Numbered from the stretch's first letter, positions 50,965-63,850 are shown. The stretch: DNA of 64,000 nucleotides from Leucoraja ocellata (GCA_036785375.1 JAWMAR010000023.1:3410001-3474000); one strand, 5' to 3'. Translations and numbers: made by a program. The notes: a model not told the origin generated them from the sequence alone.

Positions 50965-51305
50965 TGATAGGAATAGATTGGGTAGATGCACAGAGTCTCT
51001 TGCTCAGAGTAGGTGAATTGAGGACATGGGTTTAAGATGAAGGGGAAAAGATTTAATAGGAATCTGAGGGGTAACTTTTTCACACAAAGGGTGGTGGATG
51101 TACGGAACAAGCTACCAGAGGAGGTTGTTGAGGCAGGGACCAACATTTAAGACGCAGTTAGACAGGTACATGGATAGGACAGGTTTGGAGGGATATAGAC
51201 CGAATTCTGGCAGGTGGGACGAGTGTAGCTGGGACATGTTTGCCGGTGTGGGCAAGTTGGACCGAAGGGCCTGTTTCCACACTGTATCACTCTATGACTA
51301 TGATA
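50965..51305 (+). mobile_element. CR1 LINE 3' end
   Basis: ggtagatgcacagagtctct..ggaccgaagggcctgtttccacactgtatcactctatgactatga. Confidence 0.85.
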
Positions 51306-51763
51306 CTGAAACAAGTTGCCTATAATGTGAAAAATGCAGTATAACAACAGCTGCTGCACCAAAAGCAGGAGATTCAACGTGGTTCACTATATTGCACCTT
51401 TAACCTGGGTCAGCTTCTGAATGGAGGAGTGGGAAAGGGTTAAGATTGCAAGATTCAACAATACTTCTCCACTCCCAAAATTGTACAGGAAGTTTAACAA
51501 CAGGGAAAGTCTGGCAGATTCAAGACGTGAACAATCAAGTGAAGGAAGAGGAAATGATGTAGACTTCTGTTTCAACATCAGGAGAAGTTGCAGAGAATGA
51601 CTATGGCAGACTAAACAAAGCTGAGTGGGAACTGCAATACGTTACAGTATGTTCTGGTTCAGGGACAGGGCAGACCTAACCTTACTGCACCCAAGCAGTG
51701 CAGTGGAATAGGAACACACTTTATTCATGTAGGTGAGACGTTATAGCTGTCATGGGCAATGGT

Positions 51764-51893
51764 GTGTGTAGGAAGGAACTGTAGATGCTGGTTTAAACCA
51801 AAGATAGACACAAAAAGCTGGAGTGACTCAGCGGGACTGGCAGCATCTCTGGAGAGAAGCAATGGGTGACGTTACGGGTCAGGACCATTCTTG
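51764..51893 (-). mobile_element. Hammerhead-bearing element (degenerate core)
   Basis: Reverse complement of the 53161-53290 family sequence. Confidence 0.8.
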
Positions 51894-52159
51894 CGATGGT
51901 GACATTGTTTCTAATGTGACATTTTCACAGAGTTTTAGCTAGTGAAACAATCAAATGACATTGTGTGGTGTCTTTAGGTGTAAAATATGTTGAAACCACC
52001 TTCACAGCTGTGTGAAACTTTTTACAATAGAATCACCATTCAAAACCACCCTCTACTCAATGGACACAACGTGCTGAAGTAACTCAGCAGGGCAGCACCT
52101 CGGAGAAAATGGATAGGATAGGTGATGTTAACGTTTTACTGAAAGGGAGATGCTTGTAT

Positions 52160-52392
52160 AGTTTAGTTTAGAGATACGGCATGGAAACAAGCCCACCAAG
52201 TCCATGCTGACAATTAATCACCCGAGTTCTAGAGGCAACTTGCAGAAGACAATTAACCTGCAAACCCGCTCACCTTTGGAATGTGGGAGCTACGCGGTGA
52301 AAGCCCATATGGTCACAGGGGAGAACGTAGAAACTCTGTCCAGACAGCACCTGCAGTCAGAATTGAACCCGGGTCTCTGGTGCTGTGAGGCC
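52160..52392 (-). mobile_element. V-SINE
   Basis: Tail, core and partial head. Confidence 0.8.
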
Positions 52393-53160
52393 ACGTGGGT
52401 GGGGTTATTGTTTTTTTGGCTGTTGAAGCAACGGTGGCTACAAAGCGAGGAGTTGGAGGGAGGGCAGCATGTCGATAGGGAGAAGGGATGCATGGCTTGT
52501 CTACTAACTGCTGCATGCTTCCTAAGAGCTGTTCACAGAGCAGTGGCAGCCTGCTTTCTCTGGTTTGGGTGGGTAATGATGTGTGCTCCAAATGAATGGG
52601 GAAATAATAATAAAGCAAAATTAGGAGAGAGGTGGAGAGAAGAAATATTCCAGTGGTGACTTCCCTGACATTATCTGCACGTGCCAGCAACACTTACGGT
52701 TTTCTGCCACCTCTTCATAGTACAATTTCCACCTATTTCTGCCACGTGTTGCATTGGCTGCTTTCTTTAATTAAGATGTAATTGTCAGAATTGCAATGCT
52801 CGAGTGCTCAGGCATAAACCTGACCTCTAGTTATAGCTGAGCTGTGCTGAGGATTGTTCATTATACTCCACTAGTATTCTCAGTTGAAGCCAATTACACC
52901 TCTCTGACAAATAAATTATCTTCTGTGAGAGGGAAAACTTGGTAAATATAGCAGGTGAAGAGGGGGTGGCAAAACAGCTAACAAGAGTCCAAAGACGACT
53001 TAAGCTGAAGCTGTTAACTCTGCTGGGACGAGTATGTCGGAATGAATTTGGTGCACTTTAATTTTTCATCAGCCTCATCTCCTTTATTTCCTCTTCACAT
53101 TTGTGAAAATAGTACAATTTCCTACACTGGGAAAGTTATTTTCCTCTCTGCTGACTTTTA

Positions 53161-53292
53161 TTCTGAAGAAGGGTCTCAACCCGAAACGTCACCCATTCTT
53201 TCTCTCCAGAGATGCTGCCTGTCCCGCTGAGTTACTCCAGCATTTTGTGTCTATCTTTGGTGTAAACCAGCATCTGCAGAACCTTCCGACAC
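53161..53292 (+). mobile_element. Hammerhead-bearing element, intact core, sense to SKI intron 6
   Basis: CTGAAGA-A-GGGT-CTCA-ACCC-GAAACGTC at 53163-53190, then the family 3' part ending catctgcagaaccttcc. Confidence 0.85.
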
Positions 53293-54127
53293 TCTTAAGT
53301 TATTTCAAATGTTGAAATAACCTTGTGAACGCCAAGACAAGCAAAATCTATGGCACCTCTAGAACATATTCATTCCTTTTCAATTAAATGCTTGCTAAAA
53401 TATTATCAGTTTTGAACCTCAAAAATACAAATGTGTGTATACTTATCTGTGTACACCTGATTAATGTGATTATGGCCCTTCAGTATGAATCATCTGTCAG
53501 GGACATTATTGCTCAGAATTTCTAAAATAAAATTAATAAGCGGAGCACCTTGAACTCATGTTCATCCTAGCAGCGTATCATGCCTTGGAGTATACCTACA
53601 TTACATTGCAGTACTTTTATTCATCAAATTATAATTATATTTGTACTAAACATAAGTCTAAGCCTTCATTTCCACAATAAGGTTGTTCAGAATTTCACCA
53701 AGTAAAATAAATAAGAACATTTCTGGAAACATTCTGTGGGTCAGAAAGCATCTCTGGAGAGAGAAACAGAGTAAAGTTGATGATTTTTTATCGAGACTAT
53801 ATTACTGCAATTACTCCCCACAGTACCACTGAGATACACCAGCCCTGGGTTAAGTGATTTCAAATCCAGTATTGTGGAATTAATTAGCTAATAATATTAC
53901 AGTTAGAGAAACAGGAACAAAAGTCTGGAAGGCCTATCCATGTTCTCCTGAGATACTGCCTGACCCACTGAGCCACTCCAGCACTCTGTGTCTTCTGATG
54001 GTTAGAGAAACTTTGGGGAAGAGTGAAACCATCAATGGCTAACAGTTAATTCATACATAATTTGCGATGTCTACATCCTTTCAGGATGCAAAAGCCTGTA
54101 CACCTGTGGCTGAAATAAGTTAAAATT

Positions 54128-54475
54128 CGGTAGTGGCGTGCTTAATAGAGCTGCCACTCACAGCTCTAACCACCCCAGTTCAGTCCAGTGCTGACAATGT
54201 GTAGTTTGCACGATCTCCCAGTGACTATGTATGATTCTTCCTGCTGCTCCAGTTTCTTCCCACATCCCACAGACATATGGGTTGGTTGATTACTTGGCCA
54301 CTGTAAATTGACCCTGTCTTGTCGGTGAGTGGCAGAATCTGGGAGGAGTTGCTGGGAATGTGGGGAGAACAAAAAAATGGGATTCGTGTAGGATTAGCAT
54401 GAATGATGCTAAATGGTGGTGTGGACTCAGTGGGATGTAGAACCTTCTTTCATTTTGTATGACTCTGACTCTTAT
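54128..54475 (+). mobile_element. Older, diverged V-SINE
   Basis: Diverged head, core (tttcttcccacatcccacagac) and gactctgactct tail. Confidence 0.65.
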
Positions 54476-55216
54476 GACAAGAAACGGTATTTTTAATGTT
54501 GCTAGTGATGTTGGGAACATTTCAGAATGCAGCAAAGGAAATCCAAGACATTGATAAAGAATGGGAAAGGAAAATACAGAATAAGTTGTAAAATCATGGA
54601 AAAAGGAAACGGTTAGTGAGAGCGATACAAAATCCGAATAAAGAAATATAAAATAAAATCAGTGTATTTCTGTGGACTGAAACCTGTACTTCTAAGGATT
54701 TGATGACCTGGGTTTTGAAGAAGCTGGTGAAGATGTTAGTGATGTACTCATTGTCAACTTCCAAAATTCCAGTTTCCAAAATAGTGGCGACAGAAGGAGG
54801 AAGTTAGAGAAGATACGGAGCAGTCAGCTTGACTTCATTTGAAGCCTTACGTACTAGAAACTATGAGTAAAGAATGGTGATAGAGCAGTTAAAATACACT
54901 AATAGAGTGGTTGTATGGATTTTGGGGAAATATTTTGGATTTTTTTGAGATTGGAACAAAGAGGATAAGAAAGGGGAAGATCATGACCCTCAGTGAGCTA
55001 ATGACCACACAGGACTTGCTCTAAAACAGTCTCTTCTCGGTCTGTTATAATTTAATGGTCATTATCAATTAACATGGTTATTTTTAAAACCCATGTATGC
55101 TAACAAAGTTCTTCCAACCTTGCATGGGCTTCAGCTCTGCAGTGCAACCGTTAGAAATGCAATAGTCTGTTTTCTTGTGGAAGCTCTTTAATACGGCATC
55201 TTATTTTGCTTTTCAG

Positions 55217-55405
55217 ATTGAGGAGCTGCAGGTGAAGTTGCAGCATGCCGAGGCGGATCGGGAGCAGTTGCGGGCAGACCTGCTGCGGGAACGAGAGGCA
55301 CGGGAACACTTGGAAAAAATGGTGAAAGAGCTTCAGGAACAACTCTGGCTGAAACCAAGCAACTCCACCTCCTGCAAAGTGCTCTCAAAAGACAGTGAGA
55401 TTTAA
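55217..55405 (+). CDS. SKI: Ski terminal coding exon 7 to stop codon
   Basis: ttttcag acceptor. [62 protein letters not shown], then TAA at 55403-55405. Confidence 0.96.
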   Translation: MEELQVKLQHAEADREQLRADLLREREAREHLEKMVKELQEQLWLKPSNSTSCKVLSKDSEI

Positions 55406-58400
55406 AAGAAAATCCACAAAACTGCGCGTGTGTGTGTGAGTGTTTGGCTGCGCGTGTGTTTGTGTGAACGTATGTGTATATATTCACACAATCACACGGA
55501 GGATACAAGAGTTGGTTGTTTTCGGAGAAAGAATGTTACTTCAGACACACGCACTGAAACTCCCTTCCCCTAATGACACAGTACAGCACAGGAAAAATGT
55601 GCCTGCCATCCTGCCAGACTCAGATACTCAACTCTTTCTGAAATACTTTAATAAATACGGTTAGTGACAGCACCGAGGATTTCTTCTCTGCTACTTAGAG
55701 TTTTTTTTCTACAACTCGTCACATGATGTACAGGACTCCTGGAAGTCTGTCTCATATTGTACCAAATAAAATAAAAGGGAGGAGGAACAAAACAAAAGGG
55801 TGGGGAGGGTTGTCGGTGCTTTCTCTGGTTAATTTACAGAACTCTTCAAATTCTACTTTTGTAATAAGCTATTGAAGTATAGAAACAAAGACAGACTGTT
55901 TTGAAAACGGAAGACTTAATTTTAAACCAAGTTTGAAACATGTGCAGTCGTTCTGACAACTCGCTTTCTCCTTCACACGTCCCTGTGCTTTCCCCAGGAT
56001 TGGCTGCTGTTGTCACTGCTGTTGCTCTCCACTTCTTTTCCTCTTGATTTAGAGAGCACCATGAGTCAAATCGGAAGCCATGGAACAACGTTACTGCAAC
56101 ACCCCTCCTTGTAAGAAAAAGATAAATAGCTCATGGAGCCTTTCAAAGACTTTTTTGTTTCCTCCCTTCCCACCCTCCCCAGCCACCAACTCCATTTTTG
56201 GTTGGATTATTTTCAGCTGGAGGGGATGTTAAATACTTGCTTGGCCTTATCAGCAACAGAGCATTCTCTGGAAAGACTTGAAATATATTTTGGTTTTATT
56301 TTTGTTTGAGAGATGTGATCACAATGTGATTCTAACTCCAGAACACTTCAATGAAAGAAGAAAATGGATGGAGAGAGAGAAATATCACAAAGAAAACTGG
56401 GACAGTTGTTAAGAGATTACAAGCAACAGAAGAAAATCCAGTATAATTGGGACACCATTCCAAAATATGTTTTTGCAAAATTTAGCAAATTTTACCACAG
56501 CAGCACTTTGTACCAGCTGCAATTCTCTGTTCACAGTATTTACAGAGCTCTTTTGTTTATCAATATTATTGTATCTTTTATTCGGGATTTTTTTTTGTTT
56601 TTTTTTTCTGCATTGTACTGTTCAATGATTCATTGTGTATGTTGAACTAACATTTACAGAGTACAGGATCAATTGGGTACCTTGCTTAGTCAGATACCTA
56701 TGCGCATGCATGCGTGTGTGTATAGGTGACAAGTTTATTGGCTTTAAACATACTGCGTTGTAGCAAAATTCACTTTGTCACAACCTCTGCATGAACAAAT
56801 CTGGCTTCACTGTGAATTCTTCTTGACACAGAATACTTTGATGTGTTTAAGTTCACTTTCTCTGGGGGAGGAATGGTTCTGGGCCTTGTTTTGGTTACAT
56901 GAACTGTCTCAATTCTTTATTCAGACATCTAGATTTATTACCAGATGCATCTGAGCTGTACCATTAAAGAAAACAGTAATTTTTATTTTTCTGGTTGACT
57001 ACGTATTTGTGTCCCCTGCCTCTAGCACTCTCCAAAGTTCATCCACAATAAACCCCTCACCCCCTGCTGTCCACTGTAAGACTATTACATTCTCTCATTG
57101 ACAATGCACGAAGATAGCCCATGTACAGACACCTCTTCCATCCAAAGTGAAGAATATGGCATAAAGTCAAACACCTTGTCTTGCCCTGCCAGTAGTCCAT
57201 GTACCTGCCTCAGATGTTGAATGGTGTGGGGTGGGGTTGGTTAGAACAATGAGGACATACATTCTGCACTTGCTGCATTATCTGACATGAAGGCCAGAAC
57301 CCAATAAGATCTTGTAATCTGATGTTAGTAGAATGCTCTGATGTAAACTACATTAATGTTTTCTCTCTTAATACTTAAAAGACACTTGCTGCTGTGTTTC
57401 ATTAATAAGGATAAAAAATATATTTATCACACGGAATGAATAAAAGCAAAAAAAAAAAAGTGTTTTAAACTATTCTGCATGAATCCAGTATAATCGCCAT
57501 TGTTACTGTGAGACTACAAGGCAGGTCTTCAGAATTTAGGTACAAGTGAAATTTGGAAGCGTTGAGAGGACATCTCCAGACTTGAGGGGTGTGTACGATG
57601 TAAAGAAAAAATCTGGAGGCAATGGGGTGAACATTGTAACCATTTTTAAGGCTGCAACAGTGGATTGTGATAACCCCACTACACAATGGGATCCAGATCC
57701 GCTTTAGCGAATACAAAAATTTTAACACAAATACATAATAATTCCCCCGTTACGTGCAATGTAAACGGAACATAGATCACGCTTATGCAATTATGTGGGA
57801 TATTTCTGCTTTATCTGTTTTTGTAATAGGAAGACTCGATATCTTTCATATGCATGGAGTTACAATATTTCTACCATACAGTACTCTTTAATGGGCATTA
57901 AAACTTGTATATTTAAAGGGTTTTATGTTTATATAATATGCAAAAAAATCAGCCTTATATGTCATTATTCTCTTTCTTGATGTCTCATATGATGTTTTAT
58001 TGACTTTTCCTTGTTTGATACCGTAATGCAAAGCAGGAGGACCAGTGCAATGACAGCACTGACTCTCCTGGCAGAAGATGTCTTTCTGTTCTGTGTTCTT
58101 TTTGTAAGCGGCTTATTGTTCAGTCGGTAGTGATGATTCATGTTACTTTAATACAAACGTTTCAAATAGTTGGGGGGGATAAAAGGCAAAAAAAAAAATT
58201 CAGGAAATTTTTTTTAAATGAATACATTCTTCAGCAATAATGCTTTATATCTGAGGGGCAGCTAACTACAACTGGGTTTTTGCACCAATAATGTCCAGAG
58301 TTACTTGATGGAAAAAATGTTCAAATAGTTTTTAGTTCAATCTTTTTTAATAGAGTTTTGCATGCAGATGAAAGAAGAGTACAGAAGAGGGTTGATTACA

Positions 58401-59610
58401 GTAATAAAAATAGTTTTCATATTTTTATGTTAATGTAGTTTTTTATTTGTAATTTTTTATACCAGTTTTTTGTGTGTGTGGTGTGCAAGGGTTGTCTTTT
58501 TAAGTAATGTATACATAACACATAAAGCAGTATTTAATCCTTTACACACAGTAACACAATAATCTATTATTTTATGGTGCGCTCTTTGTTTAGACTCTGC
58601 TGTCCCCTTTGCTATTGTTTTATGGTCAACCGGTGCCATTCATGTCCATACCACAACAAGGGATTTTTTAAAGGAAAACAAACTCATGCTTTGAATAAGA
58701 GATATGAGCCTTCTATTCAAGGGGATGTATTGGCTTAAAAACCCAGTAATCATTTTAAACTGCTTCACTATGAACTAGCCAGTGTACAAAAAAACCCTGT
58801 AAATACTTTTTTCATTTTATGCTCTGTATTATAAGTGTATATTGTGCTCATCTCCAATATTTTTTTTCTTTTTGATCCGTACTATGTCATAGTTGTCTTG
58901 TTATATTGGGTTGTGTTATTGCCTGAATTACTGCAGTCAGTAACTGCTCCAAAGGAATCACTTAGTAAAGGATTCCTCTTTTACCTGCACCCTCCCAACC
59001 TTTCTTTTTGATGTTTGATAAATTCAACTTTAACCTTTTCTGTCCCCATCCCCCACCAATATTAAGGCTGTTTTTCTTAAAACTAAGTGTCATATTTTTA
59101 CTCTCCTAAGAATGATTTTCAATTAAAAAAAGAATGAGCAGTTGTTATGTGCAACCGTTGATCTTGAGTGACACTGTACATGGGCCTGGTTACTGTGCTC
59201 TCCACATCGGCAGCAAGGCTCACGGTCGCATTACCTATGCATTTCAACATATTTATATTTGATTTTCTTTCATATGTAAGCTGCTGCTAAGATAAGCAAC
59301 TTAATTTCCAATCTTTAGAACTATTTTTATGTAATAATAAATGTATGCTTTCTTGTTTATAAATGCCTAAACAAAAAAAAACTGCTCGGCCTATTTATCT
59401 ACTGCGCTGTGTACCTGTCTGCCCTGTCCCCTCTCTCCTCTCCACCATTCCACTCCTTAACCCTCCTACCAGTCATGTAAAATAAAGGACTTGATGAGAT
59501 ATGTAAGAAATAGCAATGCAAAACCAGTTTGCAATGGACACAGTGACTGAATGTACAGTGTATAGATGGCATTACCATAAATAAAAAATGTTTGCCCAGA
59601 ACATGGTTTT
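55406..59610 (+). other. SKI: Putative SKI 3' UTR (~4.2 kb)
   Basis: Follows the stop codon, is U/A-rich and lacks the SINE/LINE copies found every 1-3 kb elsewhere. Repeats resume at ~59930. The end point is inferred. Confidence 0.7.
59580..59585 (+). terminator. Candidate distal polyadenylation signal AATAAA
   Basis: Last AATAAA in the repeat-free block, followed by GT/T-rich sequence (tggttttgtatcttt). Other AATAAA hexamers occur at 57439, 58403 and 59481. Confidence 0.55.
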
Positions 59611-59934
59611 GTATCTTTCTAACAAAATCCATATCTTTCTGCAGCCATTGCCACTGAGATCTAAGACGACTCACCCATGTAAATATGTTTCTTTTACATT
59701 GGGTTCGGGCAGGTCAGATCAACTGTGTTTGATCCCTGGTGTACAGGTGACAATCTGAACAAGTACAAAGTTTAAAAAGAGTAAACAGAGAGCGAGAGAG
59801 AGAGAGATCAGTCAGTGTCAGATCACCCAGTTCCTCCAACCCCCACAATTTTCCTTTGCCTCGTTCAAAGTGCAGAAAACCTTTGATGTTTTTGCTCAAA
59901 GGATGCACAGCAGCATGGCTTCTTCAGCCAAGTC

Positions 59935-60002
59935 ATGGGTCCCGACTAGAAACGTCACTTATCCATGTTCTTCATAGATGCTGCTTGACTCGCTGAGTTA
60001 CT
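59935..60002 (+). mobile_element. Hammerhead-type element fragment
   Basis: gggtcccgactagaaacgtcacttatccatgttc..gctgagttac. Confidence 0.65.
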
Positions 60003-60589
60003 TTTGAGTACAATTTAATACTGACCCAAGTTGTACACGGCTGGATTCCAGCTTAAACACCATAGCCCAGGGAGAACTAGAATTAGAATTGGTTTCATTC
60101 TCTCCACCCAAATGATACTGGAACTGATGAGAGGATATTGGATGCTGGCCGATCTAACATTGGATCCTTTGTTTGTGTGTGTTGACAGCCATTGCCGGCT
60201 CCTTTGCCAACTGCACCTTAGAGGGGAAAAGCTTATCACTGATTCTGCAATGTTTGAGTTTAGTTTATTGTCACATGTACTGAGGTATAGTGAAAAGCAT
60301 TTGTTGCATACTAGCCAGTCAGTGGAAAGACAATACATGATTACAATCGAGCCATTCACCGTGTGGATGTCGTGGAAAAAGTGACTATGGAAAAGTGAGA
60401 GTCCTGGATTCCAATGCTCTGATGAAGCATGAGTCTGGAAGGCTGAAACAATCAATTTTATTCTGTGCAAAAAAATCAATTGCTGGAAGAACTCAGCGGG
60501 TCAGGTAGACTCAGCGGGTCAGGTAGAACAATGATATTCTTACTTGCTGCAACACAACAATATGCAAACAGTATGATATGACAAACGAG

Positions 60590-60779
60590 NNNNNNNNNNN
60601 NNNNNNNNNNNNNNNNNNNNNNNNNNNNNNNNNNNNNNNNNNNNNNNNNNNNNNNNNNNNNNNNNNNNNNNNNNNNNNNNNNNNNNNNNNNNNNNNNNNN
60701 NNNNNNNNNNNNNNNNNNNNNNNNNNNNNNNNNNNNNNNNNNNNNNNNNNNNNNNNNNNNNNNNNNNNNNNNNNNNNNN
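60590..60779. other. Assembly gap (190 N)
   Basis: Run of N. Confidence 1.
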
Positions 60780-61440
60780 AAACAGTGCAATAATAATAAT
60801 AATAGTCTATTGTAGTTCAGAGTCTATATGAGGTTGTGGTGTTTAATAGCCTGATGGCTGTAGGGAAGAAGCTGTTCCTGAACCTGGACATTACAGTTTT
60901 CAGGCTCTTGTACCTTCTTCCCGATGGCAGTGGTGAAATGAGTGTGATGCCAGAATGGTGTGGGTCTCTGATGATGTTGTCTGTCTTTTTGAGGCAGCGA
61001 CTCCGATAAATTCCTGTGATGGAGGGGAGATCAGAGCTGGTGAGGGACTGGGCCATGTTCACAAGTTTCTGCAGTCTTTTTCGCTCCCGAACCAGACAAT
61101 GATGCAACCGGTCAAAATGCTCTCTACTGTGGACCTGTAGAAGTTCAAGAGAATCCTCTTTGACATACCGAATCTCTGTAATCTTCTCAGGAAGTAGAGG
61201 CGCTGATGTGCTTTCCTTATAATTGCATCAGTGTGCTGGGTCCAGGAAAGATGTTCGGAAATGTGCACGCCCAGGAATTTGAAGTTTCTCTCTCCACCAT
61301 CGTCCCATTGATATAAACAGGATTGTGGGTCCTTCATCTTCCAAAGTCCACAATTGGTTCTTGGTTTTAATGATATTGAGAGCCAGGTTGTTGTGTGCTG
61401 GCACCATTTGGTCAATCGGTTGATCTCACTTCTATACTCT
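60780..61440 (-). mobile_element. Rex1/Babar-type LINE 3' part
   Basis: FKFLGVHISEHLSWTQHTDAIIRKAHQRLYFLRRL..FYRSTVESILTGCIIVWFG and PLPSGRRYKSL...RFRNSFFPTAIRLLN. Confidence 0.88.
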
Positions 61441-62431
61441 AATAATAATAATAATAATAATAATACATTTTATTTGTGGGCGCCTTTCAAAAGTCTCAAG
61501 GACACCTTACAGAAATTAACAAGAGTAATAAAACATATAATCAGAAAAAAAAAATAATAAAGACATCACCAATACACAAATTAAAGACAGAATTCGATCC
61601 AAAGACAAGAAATCAAAAACACAATGTGAAGAGAGAGCAGTGGCAGCCAAACCGCGCCAGCGTCCACTCTCCCTTCCGACAGCCATCTTGGACACAAACT
61701 AAAATATTCACTCACACAAAAATCATCCCCCCCACAGTGGTTACCACTGTGGGGGAAGGCACAATGTCCAGTCCCCATCCCCAGTTCTCCCAAAGTCAGG
61801 CCTATTGAGGCCTCCGCTATTGCCTCTACGGAGGCCCAATGTTCCTGGCCGTTCTGGCCGGGTGCTGTTGCCCCGGCGTCGGGAGAGTCCTCTCCAGCGG
61901 CTGGGCCACCTGGAACGGCCGCTTCCTAACTGGGGACCACGGCTTCCGAAGCCGACAAGGCCGCGCCGGTTTGAAGCTCCCAGGCTCCCGATGTTAAAGT
62001 CGGCGCCGCCCGCTCCGCTCCGCAGACCCGCAGCCCGGAGGTGTTGATCTCGCCGGTCACAGCTCACCGGAGCTCCAGCGCGTCGATCCAGCGCGGCGAC
62101 CCAGGCAAGGCATCGCCCGCTCCGCTCCGCGATAGCGCTCCAGCGCTGTGCCGCCACCGAAGCCGAGGTGCTGGGCGGTCCCCGCCAGGAAACGGCGCTC
62201 CACGCCCGCAGGTAGGCCACGAGGACGGGTCAACGGGGCAGCCCAGAGAAAAAGCTGCCTCACCGACCAGGTAGGGACCTAGAAATATTATTACCCCCTT
62301 CCCCCCCCCCCACATTGAAACGTCTATTTCTCCAACAAACAAAGTACAGGACTCACTAAAACTACAAAAAAAAAGTGAATTAAACGGACGGCTGCTGGTT
62401 AGCAGCCGTTCGCCAAGATGGCTCCTCCCCC
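61441..62431 (-). mobile_element. ~1 kb CpG-rich non-coding retroposon with an L2-type (TAT)n tail, nested in Rex1
   Basis: The 3' tail ttgaaaggcgcccacaaataaaatg(tat)n matches 30402-30449. It interrupts the Rex1 reading frame between ..TDGDE and EYRSEI. Confidence 0.8.
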
Positions 62432-62542
62432 ACTTTGGCTCATCGCCATCTGTAATTCATCCCACAACGGTGCTGTCGTCGACAAACTAGACGATGGAGT
62501 TCGCACTGTCTGGCTACACAGTCATGAGTATAGAGTGAGTAG
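62432..62542 (-). mobile_element. Rex1/Babar LINE continuation (RT catalytic region)
   Basis: - strand YSLYTHDCVAR..FVDDSTVVG*ITDGDE (degenerate FADD motif). Confidence 0.8.
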
Positions 62543-62690
62543 GACAGGCAACATTTCGGATTGGGACCCTTCTACTTGTGACCTAAAACATCACATGTCC
62601 ATACCCTCCACAGATGCTGTCTGACCTGTGGAGTTCCTCCAGCATTTTGTCTTTTGCTGAAGATTGCAGCATCTGCAGTCTCCTGTGTCC
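62543..62690. mobile_element. Degenerate fold-back hammerhead-type element
   Basis: acatttcggattgggacccttct .. gacctaaaacatcac .. cagcatctgcagt. Confidence 0.6.
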
Positions 62691-63324
62691 CCAAACTTTA
62701 CACAATAACTGTCAGACAAAGCATTCTTTGTTTAATGGCCTTGGCATTTCTTTACAAGGAAGTAAAACTGCTCCTTCATTCCAGTCCACGTAGAAATTTT
62801 GACCACCATTCCGTGTTTGTGGGCATAATTCTAAGCTAAGGTCTTCCCAGGGCTGAGTTTGCAGTGTTAACTGATGAAATTTACTTGCACAAATATCTCC
62901 AGGTTGGCCTAATTAGTTGGAATCCCAGAGGAGCTTGTCGGCATATCGGGGAAGTTTGCTTCTGCTCCTGGTTGTCTGTGGTGCAACAGTCTAGTTGCTC
63001 ACCAAGCAACATCACTCCTTTAAAAAGGATTTGAAATTCTCTTGGGGGCAGAGATTAATATTACTTGCGGGTTTTAAATGAAAGGCCCCTCGAAAAGAAT
63101 GTCACAAGGTCCCAAAGGCCTGCACAGCTGCTGAGGTATTTTCAAAATGTAAGCACTGCTAGAGGCAGGTGGCGACCCTTGGTATTTTGCTGGAACACCA
63201 GTCGGGTCTCCAAGCAGACAGGGGCTTGTGCACACAATCTTGGGCCTTGGAGTCAGGATGGTGCCTTAGCCACTGATGATCCTGTTTCCACAACAGGAAC
63301 AGCCATTGGCGATCGTTCCCCTCC

Positions 63325-63420
63325 TCTCACAGTCCTGATGGGGAGTCTCAACCCAAAATATCGATTTACCCCTTTTGCCTCCACAGATCCTGCCTGACCG
63401 ACTGAGTTGTTCTCACCTTC
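63325..63420 (+). mobile_element. Old hammerhead-type element
   Basis: ctgatggggagtctcaacccaaaatatcga..cctgaccgactgagtt. Confidence 0.5.
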
Positions 63421-63504
63421 TGTATTTATACCACTGATGACTTAACCTGTTATATCTGCTCATTTGCACTTTGTCTATTACATCACAAAACCACAATGTT
63501 CATT

Positions 63505-63850
63505 AGTTACAGGAGCAAAATAAGGGCATTTGGCCCATCTAGTCTACTCCGCCAATCACTCATGGCTGATCAATCTTTCCCTCTTCCCTATGCCTTCTCA
63601 CCATAACCCCTGACACCCGTACTAATCAAGAATCTATCAATCTCTGCCTTAAAAATATAATTGACTTGGCCTCTACAGCTATCTGTGGCAATGAATTCCA
63701 CAGATTCAGCACCCTCTGACAAAATAAATTCCTCCTCATCTCCTTTCTAAAGGTACATACTTTTATTCTGAGGCTATGGCCTCTGATCCTAGACTCTCAC
63801 TAGTGGAAACATCCTCTCCACACCCACTCTGGGATAGGTTTCAATGAGAT
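63505..63850 (-). mobile_element. CR1 LINE 3' fragment
   Basis: ggagcaaaataagggcatttggcccatc..gaattccacagattca..ctagtggaaacatcc. A shorter copy lies at ~50340-50450. Confidence 0.8.

Noticed and set aside
60478-60590. Duplicated actcagcgggtcaggtag next to the gap
   Set aside because: Repeat fragments adjacent to an assembly gap; may be an assembly artefact.
61741-62342. GC-rich overlapping ORFs or a CpG-island promoter of a neighbouring gene
   Set aside because: They lie inside an insertion that splits a Rex1 LINE and ends in a retro-tail. The ORFs reflect high GC content.
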